A DNA stretch of 64,000 nt, taken from the NCBI GenBank assembly GCA_963796285.1, contig CAWCKW010000012.1:832001-896000 (forward strand), given 5' to 3'. A model generated the notes under the pieces. The model made no database searches and had not been told where the DNA came from. It worked only from the letters and a program-made list of their open reading frames with translations. This DNA is from Nitrospirota bacterium (GTDB taxonomy: Bacteria > Nitrospirota > UBA9217). Below are positions 20,445 to 31,030 of this stretch, piece by piece (the first letter of the stretch is position 1; the number at the start of each line of letters is the position of its first letter). A program made the translations under genes and the position numbers.

Positions 20445-21890
20445 TTGATCGGCAATTTGAAAAATAGTGTTAAAATTGTCGCGCTTTTATTTTTGGATGT
20501 TTCAGCTTTTTACGTTTCCCTACTCCTTGCATTCTTTTTTCGAAAAATTGTCGACCACGTTTTTCCTACTGTGATGCCCCTGCAGTTATCACTCGGATAT
20601 TTTCTGCGCATTTGGTGGCTGCCTGCCATCTTTCTGTCGTTTATCGCCTACGAACGTCTCTATATTAAAAAGCTCCCCTTCTGGGACGAGACCAAGGAAC
20701 TCCTCAAGGCGACAACCGCTTCAATGGTCGCAATTATCGTCATCATCACCCTGGGGAAAATGGCGAGCAATATCTCCCGCATGACCATTATTTTCCTTTG
20801 GTGTTCCGGTCTGTTCATATTCCCCATTTTCCGCTTATTCGGGAAGAAACTCCTCGATGCCGTGGGGCTCTGGAAGGACAATGTGATCATCATTGGCGCA
20901 GGCGCCGCAGGCATCGAAATCGCAAAGGGCATAAATTCGGATATCCATCTTGGCTACCGCGTGATCGGATTTCTTGACGATGACCCAGCGATCGGCAAAG
21001 AGGTCCGCATTGACGGTACCGCCTACCGCATATTCGGCAAGGTCAGGCACTTCAGGAAATTTCTGAAAATTCTCCGCATCTCCACCGTCATCATCGCGAT
21101 CCCGTCTCTTTCTGTCGATAAACTGGCGGAACTGACGAACAATATCCAGAAACATACCAAGAACATCCTGCTAATCCCCGATGTGAAGGGAGTTGCGCTC
21201 ACCAATACAGAGCTTTATCACTTGTTCATGCAACAGCTTTTTTTGCTGAAAATCAACAACAACCTCAAGTCACCTTTCAACAGGCTTAGCAAAAGAATAT
21301 TCGACATGGTCCTGTCAATCCTGATGTTACCACTTCTTCTTGTTGTTGTCGGAATACTCGGGTTGCTTGTAAAGCTCGATACTCCCGGACCGGTGTTTTA
21401 CCGACATACCAGAATAGGCCGCAATGGAAAGTCTTTCCGCGTCTTCAAGTTCAGGAGCATGCATAGGGACTCTAGGGAGCGATTGCGTAAAATTCTCGGA
21501 ACGGATCCGCGTTCAAAACAGGAGTGGGAGACCTATTATAAATTAAAAAATGATCCCCGGATAACACGCATGGGAAAGTTTCTGAGAAGAACTTCTCTTG
21601 ATGAACTGCCGCAAATATTTAACGTGCTACAGGGTGATATGAGCTTGGTGGGTCCGCGCCCGGTGCTCAAAGAGGAGATTACCAACTATTACAAAGAATT
21701 CGCCGATTATTACAACTTGGTGCGACCCGGCATCACCGGGTTGTGGCAAGTGAGTGGAAGAAACGACGTGAATTACTATCTCAGAGTGCGGCTTGATGCA
21801 TGGTACGTGCTCAACTGGTCCGTATGGCTTGATATTGTAATCTTGTTTAAGACTTTTAGCGTCGTCTTGAAAAAGGAAGGCGCGTACTGA
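20445..21890 (+). CDS. wbaP: Undecaprenyl-phosphate hexose-1-phosphate transferase (WbaP family)
   Basis: Four N-terminal TMs, [53 protein letters not shown]. Confidence 0.9.
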   Translation: MIGNLKNSVKIVALLFLDVSAFYVSLLLAFFFRKIVDHVFPTVMPLQLSLGYFLRIWWLPAIFLSFIAYERLYIKKLPFWDETKELLKATTASMVAIIVIITLGKMASNISRMTIIFLWCSGLFIFPIFRLFGKKLLDAVGLWKDNVIIIGAGAAGIEIAKGINSDIHLGYRVIGFLDDDPAIGKEVRIDGTAYRIFGKVRHFRKFLKILRISTVIIAIPSLSVDKLAELTNNIQKHTKNILLIPDVKGVALTNTELYHLFMQQLFLLKINNNLKSPFNRLSKRIFDMVLSILMLPLLLVVVGILGLLVKLDTPGPVFYRHTRIGRNGKSFRVFKFRSMHRDSRERLRKILGTDPRSKQEWETYYKLKNDPRITRMGKFLRRTSLDELPQIFNVLQGDMSLVGPRPVLKEEITNYYKEFADYYNLVRPGITGLWQVSGRNDVNYYLRVRLDAWYVLNWSVWLDIVILFKTFSVVLKKEGAY

Positions 21891-22135
21891 GGGAGCTGAG
21901 AACACAGCATTTGTGTACATAGTAACACGGAAACTGGTGACGATCTGGATATCGGTTGAGAATCCTATCTAGGCTCAATCTCCTGGGGAAGATGCCGGCG
22001 TTGTCTCCGACAAGCACTGCGCGTCATTTCCCCTTTTCACATCTGCTCCACATGATCGTGCGATATCCCTTGCGAGACCGCTGAAAACCGGATCAAGAGA
22101 TATTGGATATCAAAAAGAGGAATCACGACTGACAT

Positions 22136-23119
22136 ATGAAGATACTCGTCATCGGCGGCGCGGGGTATATCGGGAGCCACATGGTTGCAACTCTTGGAGA
22201 AAGGGGATTCGAGGTCCTGGTATATGATAATCTTTCTACAGGCTACCGGGATTCCCTATTATGTGGCTCGTTGGTCGTTGGTGATCTTGCAAATACCTCA
22301 CTCCTCAGGAAAACGTTGGAAGAGTTCAAACCCAATGCTGTCATGCATTTTGCCGCGTTCATTCAGGTAGGGGAATCGGTTCGAGAACCGCTTAAGTATT
22401 ATCGGAATAACAGTGTCGATGCCATCAATCTCTTAGAGGTTATGATGGACCTCGATATTAAGAAATTTATCTTTTCTTCCACTGCTGCGGTTTACGGCCA
22501 TTCAAAGAACGAGCCGATAACCGAAAGAGCTCCCCTGTCTCCTATCAACCCTTATGGCTGGTCGAAAGCCTTCGTCGAGAGGGTATTGGAGGATCTGTCG
22601 ATTGCGAAGGGGCTTCGTTATGTTTCTCTCAGATATTTCAACGCCGCTGGAGCGGATCCCGGCGCGCGGATCGGGGAACGACACAATCCGGAAACGCATC
22701 TCATACCCCTGGTCCTGAAATCGGCAAAAGGAGAGCGGGAAAGCGTCGTCATCCATGGAACGGATTATCCCACGCCGGACGGGACGTGCATCAGGGATTA
22801 TATCCATGTTATGGACCTGGTTGACGCTCATATCCGCGCCATTGAGTACCTTTTCGACGGTGGCAGCAGTGACGCGTTCAATTGTGGATACGGTCATGGG
22901 TACTCGGTCAGGCAGGTTCTTGATGTCGCACGAAAGGTGACCGGGGTTGACTTCCCCGTCAGGGAGTCAAGCCGCCGCGAGGGTGATCCCCCATCACTCG
23001 TCGCCGACAGCTCGAAAATCAAGCAGAAATTCAATTGGAAACCGCGGCATGATGACCTAAGCACCATTGTAAAAACCGCATGGGATTGGGAGAAAAAAGT
23101 TCGGAATTCGGAGTATTGA
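22136..23119 (+). CDS. galE: UDP-glucose 4-epimerase
   Basis: GGAGYIGSH, FSSTAAVYG, YGWSK, LRYFNAAG, RDYIHV. Confidence 0.95.
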   Translation: MKILVIGGAGYIGSHMVATLGERGFEVLVYDNLSTGYRDSLLCGSLVVGDLANTSLLRKTLEEFKPNAVMHFAAFIQVGESVREPLKYYRNNSVDAINLLEVMMDLDIKKFIFSSTAAVYGHSKNEPITERAPLSPINPYGWSKAFVERVLEDLSIAKGLRYVSLRYFNAAGADPGARIGERHNPETHLIPLVLKSAKGERESVVIHGTDYPTPDGTCIRDYIHVMDLVDAHIRAIEYLFDGGSSDAFNCGYGHGYSVRQVLDVARKVTGVDFPVRESSRREGDPPSLVADSSKIKQKFNWKPRHDDLSTIVKTAWDWEKKVRNSEY

Positions 23120-23198
23120 TTGCAAAGTAATAAAGTGCAGAGTTCGGTGTTCGGAGTTGAAAGCCCGGAATATCAGACACGAGCTAAGAGTAATAAAG

Positions 23199-24368
23199 TT
23201 ATGGTCTCAGAGCTGCTGGTTCGGTCAATCGATATCCTTCCAAAACACCCATCAGGAAGTTGATGTTCATCGCAACGATCGCCGCGCCAAAGTTGTACTC
23301 GAAGATACCGGCCACTAGAAGATTTACGAACGCGAGCGCCACCCCCAAACTGAAGGCCTTCAGGAGCGGATCCGGTGTCCTGCAATGAAGCTTGAAGTAC
23401 TTGACAAGGAAGTATATGTGCGTACCTATAACGAGGATAAAACCCGGGATCCCATTCTCGGCAAGTTCGTGGAGATAGAGGTTGTGCGCATGGGAGGTAT
23501 TGTCGATCAGCCCTTTCTCCTTAAAAGGCTCCAGATAACCCGGTAACATACCACTCCCAACCCCGACAATCGGATGTTCAAGAAAGACATTCCAGGATAT
23601 TATCCAGAAATTCAATCGATACGTATTTTTTTCGAGAGAAAAACTATCTTCTATTCTCTGTGAGAACCAGGGAACGGTGAGCGCAATAACCGAGATAATG
23701 AGGACAAGGATGACCGAGTATTTCAAGATCGTCTTAAAAGATCTTGTAAGTACAAGAAGGACAACGATGCAGATGAAGACGCCGAGAAAATAGCTCCGTG
23801 AGCTGGAAAATATGAGCCCGACAAGCAAAAAGGGTGAGTAGAAGAAGAACCGTTTATTTTGGTAGAGAGCAAGACAGATATTCATGATAAAAATGATCGA
23901 GATGCATCCACCGTACTGGTTGGGGTGGCCAAAATACCCGCTTAAACGGCTACTGTCTTCATCAAAAAAAAGAGGCTTATAAATCGCAGGAATCCCGAAG
24001 AAGTGCTGGCCAAGGGCGTAAAGAATGATAACGGTGTTCGCAATGAACAGGATGTGGAATATCTTGATGACGGTTTCCTTGTGGATCTGATAGAACCCGA
24101 TGACGATATACGGTACCCGGTCCCACACGCCCTTGATATTGGGTATATCCCTGATCGAAGTGGCGAGAGCGCGAGTAAAGGCCTTCCAAGAGAAAAGAGC
24201 GACATAGAGCAACGAGTCCTTTTTAAAATCTTTCATGAGGATTGTCTTCTGGAATAGATCCTTGAAGAATAAAAGCAACAGGAGCGCAAGCACGATCGTT
24301 GAAGCGGACATCGCGAGCACCGTAGCGACTGCAAATGCATACAAAAGATAATTCACTGGTTTATTCAT
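23199..24368 (-). CDS. waaL: O-antigen ligase family protein
   Basis: Multi-TM protein; RLSGYFGHPN, SSSR, HPIVGVG, HAHNLYL..LAENG. Confidence 0.85.
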   Translation of the reverse strand: MNKPVNYLLYAFAVATVLAMSASTIVLALLLLLFFKDLFQKTILMKDFKKDSLLYVALFSWKAFTRALATSIRDIPNIKGVWDRVPYIVIGFYQIHKETVIKIFHILFIANTVIILYALGQHFFGIPAIYKPLFFDEDSSRLSGYFGHPNQYGGCISIIFIMNICLALYQNKRFFFYSPFLLVGLIFSSSRSYFLGVFICIVVLLVLTRSFKTILKYSVILVLIISVIALTVPWFSQRIEDSFSLEKNTYRLNFWIISWNVFLEHPIVGVGSGMLPGYLEPFKEKGLIDNTSHAHNLYLHELAENGIPGFILVIGTHIYFLVKYFKLHCRTPDPLLKAFSLGVALAFVNLLVAGIFEYNFGAAIVAMNINFLMGVLEGYRLTEPAALRP

Positions 24369-25114
24369 GCCATGATCCCCGGTAACAGCTGCTTCCCTTT
24401 TCTCTTTTCCGATTTTGTGTGGATCTTATAAAGAAACGAAAATGGATTCGTAATAAGCTTGATCGGGATCCTGCGCAACGAAATTGGATCGTTCCCTTTT
24501 TCCACATGTCCCCGCTTCGTGGTGACAGCGAAGCGATAGCCGGCTTTTCTTACCGCGGCCTGTATGCGGTCATTGCAATCTCCATAGGGATAGCAGAAAT
24601 GGACCACTGGATGATTCACCCGTGATTCAATTTCATTTTTTGATCCGGTGAGCTCCTCATCGAGCATGGCATCCGATAAAGTCGTCAGTTCGGGATGTGA
24701 TCTGGTGTGAGAGCCGATTTGGACCTTGTTTTCGCTGACCTCAACGATATGATCCCAGTCCATCATCTGCTTCTGATGGGTTTCGCTCTTCGAATCCCAT
24801 ACATTGTACTTCCCGACAAGCCCCGAAACAACGTATACCGTTGATGGATAGCCATAGTGCTTGAGGATCGGATAGGCATTGTTATAAAAATCAGTGTAGC
24901 CATCATCAAAGGTAATGGCCGCCATGTTGTGACGGATATCCCCTGCTTCGACGGCAGCGACCAGGTCCTGGATCGATACTACTCTAAATCCGGCTGCTTT
25001 AAGGTACCACATCTGGAATCGGAACATCCTCGGCGTAACGTATAGATTGGGAATACGTGCACCTTTTGGAGGATAGTCGATGTTGTGATACATGAGGATG
25101 ATGGCTTTCGGCAT
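24365..25114 (-). CDS. Polysaccharide deacetylase (CE4)
   Basis: ILMYH, ITFDDGY, GSHTRSHP, FCYPYG. Confidence 0.9.
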   Translation of the reverse strand: MPKAIILMYHNIDYPPKGARIPNLYVTPRMFRFQMWYLKAAGFRVVSIQDLVAAVEAGDIRHNMAAITFDDGYTDFYNNAYPILKHYGYPSTVYVVSGLVGKYNVWDSKSETHQKQMMDWDHIVEVSENKVQIGSHTRSHPELTTLSDAMLDEELTGSKNEIESRVNHPVVHFCYPYGDCNDRIQAAVRKAGYRFAVTTKRGHVEKGNDPISLRRIPIKLITNPFSFLYKIHTKSEKRKGKQLLPGIMA

Positions 25115-25221
25115 TCATTTAACCCAATGAAATTTGTTACAATTACAACGCCGTTTTTTTAAAACGTTTCACGGTTACGCCTTTATGACGTATAACGAAA
25201 ACGTTGCCGAAACGGGCTTCG

Positions 25222-26333
25222 TTACTTCTTCACTTCAGTCTGTTTTATCAGCATAGATTGAAAATAAAGATGATATTCATCGATCATCCGTTCACGGCTG
25301 AATCGCTCAGCGACCCATCGTGGGCCTGCTTCAGACATGCGCTGATGTACGGCTGCGTCTTTAAGGATATGCACGATCTCAGCTGCCATTTCCTGCGCGC
25401 CGGTTTTTATCAAGGCGCCGGCCTGACAACCTTCGAGCGCATCGCGTACACCGCCTCCGTCAAACGCCACAACGGGTGTTCCCATGGCCAGAGCTTCCAC
25501 GACCCAGATGCCGAAGCCTTCATTGCGGAAGGTACTTACCGCGATATCGATGTCGGTATAGTAGGACGGCATGTCTTCCTTCGGCAAGGTATCCAGCCAC
25601 AAGATCAAATCAGCTACGCCGAGTTCCGCTGCATGATCCTTAAACTTTTGCATCTGAGGCATATCGGCCATCGGAGTCAAGAGCAGATACCGAATAGTGG
25701 GGATCTCTTTCCTTACCTCAACCAATGCATCCAGAAACTCGATCTGGTTTTTCCATATGCTGCCGGATGTGCTGATGAGGGGTGTATCAGGCGCAAGCTT
25801 GAAACGATTTCTGATGAAATCTCTCGCCATCCCGTTACTTTTGAACAATTCGAGATTAATCCCATGATGAATGATCGATATTCTCCCGCTTATCGCCGGA
25901 TGAAAGGAAATGATCTTTTGCATAATATGCCGCGAGATCGTAACAATATGGTGCATGCGATTCAGGAGAAAGCGCGAGTTGATGAAATCGGCCACATGGA
26001 CGGTATATACCAGGCGCGGATGCCGGCCGGAGAGGATGGTTGCATATCCATGCCTGTACGATATCATGGCCGCGCTGGATGCAGATGATGTCATACTGGT
26101 TTTCTTTGATGATCCGTGCGATCTTGAAAAAGGAACTTACCCCGCTGCAGCCCGGTCTTTTCAACAGGATAAACCTCCACAGGAAAGTCTTTGAACATGG
26201 TTGTAAGCGGTGTGTTGGGGCGGCAGACGATGCCGACGCGTGCCCCCTTCCTGACCAGGCCGGGCAAAAGCTCCATCAGGAACTCCTCTCCCCCGCCTCG
26301 GTACCTGAAGTTGTTCACAAAGAGTATTTTCAT
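25222..26333 (-). CDS. Glycosyltransferase family 4, two frameshifts (near 26150 and 26040)
   Basis: MKILFVNN...GGGEE at 26333, middle piece IARIIKENQYDII, C-terminal EGFGIWVVEALAMGTPVV. Confidence 0.75.
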
Positions 26334-27161
26334 TTTGTATCGGTACGTATCACGGTCCGATCCCACGGCTTCCCGTCGATATACGTCGTCCCAGTTCTCT
26401 TGCTTCCGTTTTTCATACAGGCGTTCGTAATATTTTAACTCTACTAAAAAATAGTTAAAGGCTATCACTGCGGCCATATAGAATCCGTGAATGCCGTCTT
26501 TGTAGCCCCGATGCCTGATGAACCGTCCGTAAAAACGTTCAAGCGGTTTGAACAGGGCCTTCAGCAAACTGAACTTTGTGCGGCGGCCTTCCTGAAACGT
26601 CCTCTCAGCCTCCAGGGAACTGTAGACATTGAACTTGTCCATGAAGGTCTTGAAATTCCCGTAGCCGTCATGCAGGATGGGATTCACGAGATATTCCGTT
26701 GTTCCCCGGGTTACGAATTTCTCGTGGATCGGGTTTACCCATTCCCCCATGGACTTCCGGTAAAGAATGGTCTTGTATTGCGGATACCAGCCGCCGGCTT
26801 TGATCCATTTGCCGCCAAAATACTCCCTGCGCGGAACACCGAACGCATTGGCGGCAGGACCGGCTTTGAACAAAGCGATGATCTCGTCCCGCAAAGCCCT
26901 GGTCACGACCTCATCAGCGTCGATGAACAGTATCCAGTCATGTGATGCATGCTCATGGGACCTTGTTTTCTGCTCAGCATAGTTGTTCGGCCAGGCATGC
27001 TGAAAGACCTTCTGCGTATAGCGCTTACAGATATCGACGGTGCGGTCGGTGCTGAACGAATCGATGATCACGATCTCATCCACCCAATTCAGGCTCTTCA
27101 GGCAGCGTTCGATCCTGTGCTCTTCGTTATAGGTTATGATGGCTGCGGAAATCTTTTGCAT
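26334..27161 (-). CDS. Glycosyltransferase family 2 (WaaE/KdtX-like); reads in frame into the next GT4
   Basis: AIITYNEE, IIDSFSTDRT, WILFIDADE, GWYP, IHE, GYKDGIHG. Confidence 0.85.
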
Positions 27162-27184
27162 GGTGGATATGGTTCTTTACTTCC

Positions 27185-27383
27185 CGACCCGGGCAAGCCG
27201 GAACCAAAACCTTGAAACCGCCAGGGCGCAAAGGTCGCAAAGAAAATCATACAAGTCTTGAATTACGGCAAACCTCTTCTGTTTTTGACGTCCTTCGCGT
27301 CTTCGTTCATGGCCGCGTTATGGCTTGTCCCCGCGTATCGCAAGAGCAGGTGGCAACAGCAGGCTACGCCTTCGCGGTAAATT
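27185..27383. repeat. Intergenic imperfect inverted repeat element with an internal insert
   Basis: Left arm ACCGCCAGGGCGCAAAGGTCGCAAAG; right arm CCTTCGCGTCTTCG...CTTCGCGGT, interrupted between two CTTCG copies. Confidence 0.5.
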
Positions 27384-27414
27384 ATTTATACCATTGTGCG
27401 ATTAATGTTATTCT

Positions 27415-28527
27415 TTACTTGCTAAGCTGGTCCTTAAAAATTGTTTCCAACTGCGAGGCGACGGCATCCCAGGAATATTTTTTCTCGACTACCGCGCGTC
27501 CCGCTGCTCCCATCATCGATCTTCGTTCGCGGTCCTGCAGGAGAGCATGAATGGTCCGGGCAATTTCTGCCGGAGCGTCCGGATCTACCATGACACCGCC
27601 GCCTTCAGCGAGTATCTCAGGGAAGGCGCTGCCTCGCGACACAACGAGGGGAAGCCCGCTTGCCATTGCCTCGAGTGCAACGATGCCGAATCCCTCGAAC
27701 TCGGGCAGGAAAACGAAAAGGTCCGCTGCATTGTAGAATCCTGATACGTCCTTCTGGTTGCCCATAAAATGCACGTTCGGAACGATCCCGAGAGCAGCTA
27801 CCTTTGCATGGAAGGCCTCACGGTCCTTGCTGTTGCCGTCGCCGCACAGGATATACCGGATATCGGGCATTGATTGCTTCAGGTGCCCGACCACGTCCAG
27901 CACCTTTTCGATGCCCTTTCGTCCCTGAAGGGCCGAAATCGTGATCAGGACCGGGGCATCCTCCGGGATGCCGAGCTTCTTCCGAGTATCGCCGCGGCGC
28001 ACACGATCGCTCCTGAACAGGGATGGATCCACGCCGTTGGGGACCATCTTTGAAGGCCGGCCGAAACAGGACGCTACCCCCTGGGCGATGTAGGAACTTG
28101 CGGAAATGAGCTCATCGGCATGCTTCGCAGTGCCGAATCGTTTGAAGGCAATAAAGTGCTTCTCATGGTTCTCGAAGGGATACTGGAACACGATATTGAA
28201 ACGGAATTTCTTCAGTTTGTACGACAGGCCTGCGGCATACCCTTCTGCCCGCGCGATGGCGAGGTTCACGATATCATAGTCATGGGTCAGAAAATCGTAC
28301 ATGAAACCGGGGATAAAAGAGGCCTTGTGCCAGTTATGATGCCTGATCTCGTGGATCCGTACCCGCGGATCGATCCATCCGCGGGTGGGAGAATCCGGAC
28401 AGCGGCCGGTGATAATAGTAACCTCGTGCCCCTTCCGTGCCAGGGAATTCGACACATTAATGATAAACCGTTCGATCCCCCGCGGCGTGCGCAGCGTGAA
28501 CATGTGAGCGAATGCTATTTTCATCAC
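27415..28527 (-). CDS. Glycosyltransferase family 4
   Basis: VPNGVD, KGIE, EGFGIVALEAMASGLPLV, YSWDAVA. Confidence 0.92.
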   Translation of the reverse strand: MMKIAFAHMFTLRTPRGIERFIINVSNSLARKGHEVTIITGRCPDSPTRGWIDPRVRIHEIRHHNWHKASFIPGFMYDFLTHDYDIVNLAIARAEGYAAGLSYKLKKFRFNIVFQYPFENHEKHFIAFKRFGTAKHADELISASSYIAQGVASCFGRPSKMVPNGVDPSLFRSDRVRRGDTRKKLGIPEDAPVLITISALQGRKGIEKVLDVVGHLKQSMPDIRYILCGDGNSKDREAFHAKVAALGIVPNVHFMGNQKDVSGFYNAADLFVFLPEFEGFGIVALEAMASGLPLVVSRGSAFPEILAEGGGVMVDPDAPAEIARTIHALLQDRERRSMMGAAGRAVVEKKYSWDAVASQLETIFKDQLSK

Positions 28528-29315
28528 GGCTGCCGTTCTTCTCCCGGAAACCGCCGGAGCTTGTTCTGGATCTCGTATAATTTTATATATTTCATGAAAA
28601 CGGCATGGGCCTCCATGACCGAGATCGCAAATCCCGCGACCCCGTCGGCAATGCCTAACCTGACGAAATAGCGATACAGAAAGGCATAAAGAGGCCTCAG
28701 CGTAAAGTCGATGATCCGAGCCCTCTTCCCGTTTTTATAGTGGTCCGCGGCGGTCAGGGACGAGTAGGCATTCTTTGTTGCCGAGAACTGTGCGATATCC
28801 TGATAGATATAGTGAAGGATATCGTTTTTCAGCTTCTTCTTTCGACCCCTTACCTTTACTTCATCATGAGGCGCATATCCACCCCATTTACACAGGTCCT
28901 TTCGGAAGAGACGGATCTTGTAATCCGGGTACCAGGCCGAATGGTTGATCCACTGCTGCATGAAAAAATGTCGCCGCGGCATCTCATAGGCATCATAGGG
29001 GCTGTTCTCAAGATCCAGCGAGAGGATCTCATCCCGCAGCGCCTCAGAAACACGCTCGTCAGCGTCCATGTGCAAGACCCATATATTTTTTGCCCGGTCC
29101 GTTGCAAACTGGCTCTGCCCGATGTGCCCAAGCCACTTTTGGGTGATGACGTTTTTCGTATATCCCCGGGCTATGGCCACGGTACTGTCCGTGCTGTTCG
29201 AGTCCACAACAACGATCTCATCCGCCCAGTTCACACTTTCGAGGCACTCGCGGATGTTCTTCTCCTCGTTGAATGTTCTGATGGTTACGGATATTTTGGC
29301 TTTCGGATCCGCCAT
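28524..29315 (-). CDS. Glycosyltransferase family 2 (LPS core)
   Basis: TFNEE, VVDSNSTDST, DADER, WYPDYKIRLF. Confidence 0.9.
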   Translation of the reverse strand: MADPKAKISVTIRTFNEEKNIRECLESVNWADEIVVVDSNSTDSTVAIARGYTKNVITQKWLGHIGQSQFATDRAKNIWVLHMDADERVSEALRDEILSLDLENSPYDAYEMPRRHFFMQQWINHSAWYPDYKIRLFRKDLCKWGGYAPHDEVKVRGRKKKLKNDILHYIYQDIAQFSATKNAYSSLTAADHYKNGKRARIIDFTLRPLYAFLYRYFVRLGIADGVAGFAISVMEAHAVFMKYIKLYEIQNKLRRFPGEERQP

Positions 29316-29378
29316 ATGCTGTCCTTCTTAACGACAGGATTGTTACTTTCAATGAAGCAAAACCGCTGACATGATTTT

Positions 29379-30449
29379 TCAGGACCCATGATAGCGGATT
29401 TTCGGCATGATTGCACTCAGTTTCTTTTCTACCGCTTCGAAGGCCTCCTCGACACTGATCCTCTTCATGCAGTCATTATCAGCACATTTATGCGGTTTGC
29501 AGGGATAACACGGGAGCCGCCTGGTGATAACCGTATGACCGGTACCCCAGGGCCCCCACTTCCGCTCATCAGTAGGACCAAAGAGCGCGACCACGGGAAC
29601 ACCTACGGCCGCGGCCATGTGCATGGGACCCGAGTCGACGCCGAAAAATAGGTTCGCTGCGCGATAGACTGACAGATTGGCATGCAGGCCCGTCTTACCG
29701 CAGAGGTCCATGCCATTGAAAGGGCCTAGGCGTTCGATCTCCTGGTACAACGCCGCATCCCCTGGTGCTCCGGTATAGATAAAGTACGCGCCGTATCGTT
29801 CTTTCAAGACCTTCATCACCGCTGCAAAACGGTCCAGCGGCCACTGTTTGGCAGGAAGGCTCGCCGCGGCATGGATAATGATCTTGAGGTCGTCTTTCTT
29901 CCAGCCTGCATCGGCAAAAAGTTTGCCGGCCTGTGCGTCGTTTTCCGGCGAAGGCCAGAGTTCGAGGTCATCGGACTGCACCGGGATGTCCAGGACTCGG
30001 AGGCAATCCAGGAAATTCTGCACCTCGTGCTGGTCCTGCCTATAGGGCACCGGATCGGTAAGCAGGAACGTTCTTCCCTCGGTCGCAAAACCAATGCGTC
30101 TCGGAATTCCCGCTGCCCGGACCAGCAACGCGCTTGAGAGCGACCTTTTGAGCGCAAATGCCGCGTCGTATCCTTCCTGTCGTAACAATTTCCAGTAATG
30201 GGCATAGCCGGCAAGCTTGCTCCGCTGAGAAGAAGCGCTGTACTTGTGGATCGTTTTAAACTCAAAGGGAATAGTCCGGTCCACATAGGGACAACCTTCG
30301 AGCACCTGTCCGGAGAACGGTTCGATCATCAGGTCGATACGCGCCTCGGGATAGGCCTGGCGCAGGTTCCTGAGAAACGGCACGGTCAGGACCGTATCGC
30401 CGATAAAGCGGTATCTCATGACCAGTATTTTCCGGGCCTTTAATTTCAT
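29379..30449 (-). CDS. waaF: LPS heptosyltransferase (GT9, WaaF-like)
   Basis: FIGDTVL, IPRRIGF, KQWP, DSGPMHMAAAVGVPVVALFGPT. Confidence 0.85.
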   Translation of the reverse strand: MKLKARKILVMRYRFIGDTVLTVPFLRNLRQAYPEARIDLMIEPFSGQVLEGCPYVDRTIPFEFKTIHKYSASSQRSKLAGYAHYWKLLRQEGYDAAFALKRSLSSALLVRAAGIPRRIGFATEGRTFLLTDPVPYRQDQHEVQNFLDCLRVLDIPVQSDDLELWPSPENDAQAGKLFADAGWKKDDLKIIIHAAASLPAKQWPLDRFAAVMKVLKERYGAYFIYTGAPGDAALYQEIERLGPFNGMDLCGKTGLHANLSVYRAANLFFGVDSGPMHMAAAVGVPVVALFGPTDERKWGPWGTGHTVITRRLPCYPCKPHKCADNDCMKRISVEEAFEAVEKKLSAIMPKIRYHGS

Positions 30450-31030
30450 ACTATATCTTTGGAAGTACGCTGAATGATCCAGTCAGCCGCCTCGGTGATG
30501 GTGTGCGCTATAAAATCGGGGTCGCTGATGTGCTTGGGACGGATATTTCCCGCATCGTCAGGAGCGAACCCTGACCGCACCAGGATCGAGCGGGCACCCG
30601 CCCGCTGTCCAAGTTCCACATCGCTCCACTTGTCACCGATCACGTAAGATTGTTTCACGTCGATGCCGAGGTCCCGAACCGCGCGGTCGATCAATCCGGT
30701 TCCTGGTTTTCTGCAATCACATGCGATGGTATAGATCGAATTTCCCGCAGTTGGATGGTGGGGGCAGTAATAGACCGCATCGATCCGGGCCCCTTCCCTC
30801 CGAAGCATCTGGTCCAGACGCTCATGAGCTTCCTGGACCAGCGACTCGGGGAAATATCCCCGGGCTACTCCGGACTGGTTCGTTACCAGCACAATTTTCA
30901 GTCCGGCATCATTAAGCCGCTTGATCGCTGCACCGGCTCCCGGGATCAGCCGGAGATCGGCAAGGTCGCGCAAATACCCTACCTCTTCATTGACCGTGCC
31001 GTCCCGATCGAGAAATACCGCTCTATGCAT
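30446..31030 (-). CDS. gmhB: D-glycero-D-manno-heptose 1,7-bisphosphate phosphatase
   Basis: AVFLDRDGT, VTNQSGVARG, CPHHP...CDCRKP, IGDKWSD. Confidence 0.93.
   Translation of the reverse strand: MHRAVFLDRDGTVNEEVGYLRDLADLRLIPGAGAAIKRLNDAGLKIVLVTNQSGVARGYFPESLVQEAHERLDQMLRREGARIDAVYYCPHHPTAGNSIYTIACDCRKPGTGLIDRAVRDLGIDVKQSYVIGDKWSDVELGQRAGARSILVRSGFAPDDAGNIRPKHISDPDFIAHTITEAADWIIQRTSKDIV

Noticed and set aside
23095-23175. Degenerate heptamer repeats (GTTCGGA-like), also near 37005 and 40090
   Set aside because: Too short and irregular for CRISPR, with no spacers or cas genes
25204-26088. 294-aa plus-strand ORF
   Set aside because: Antisense to a GT4, with no recognisable motifs
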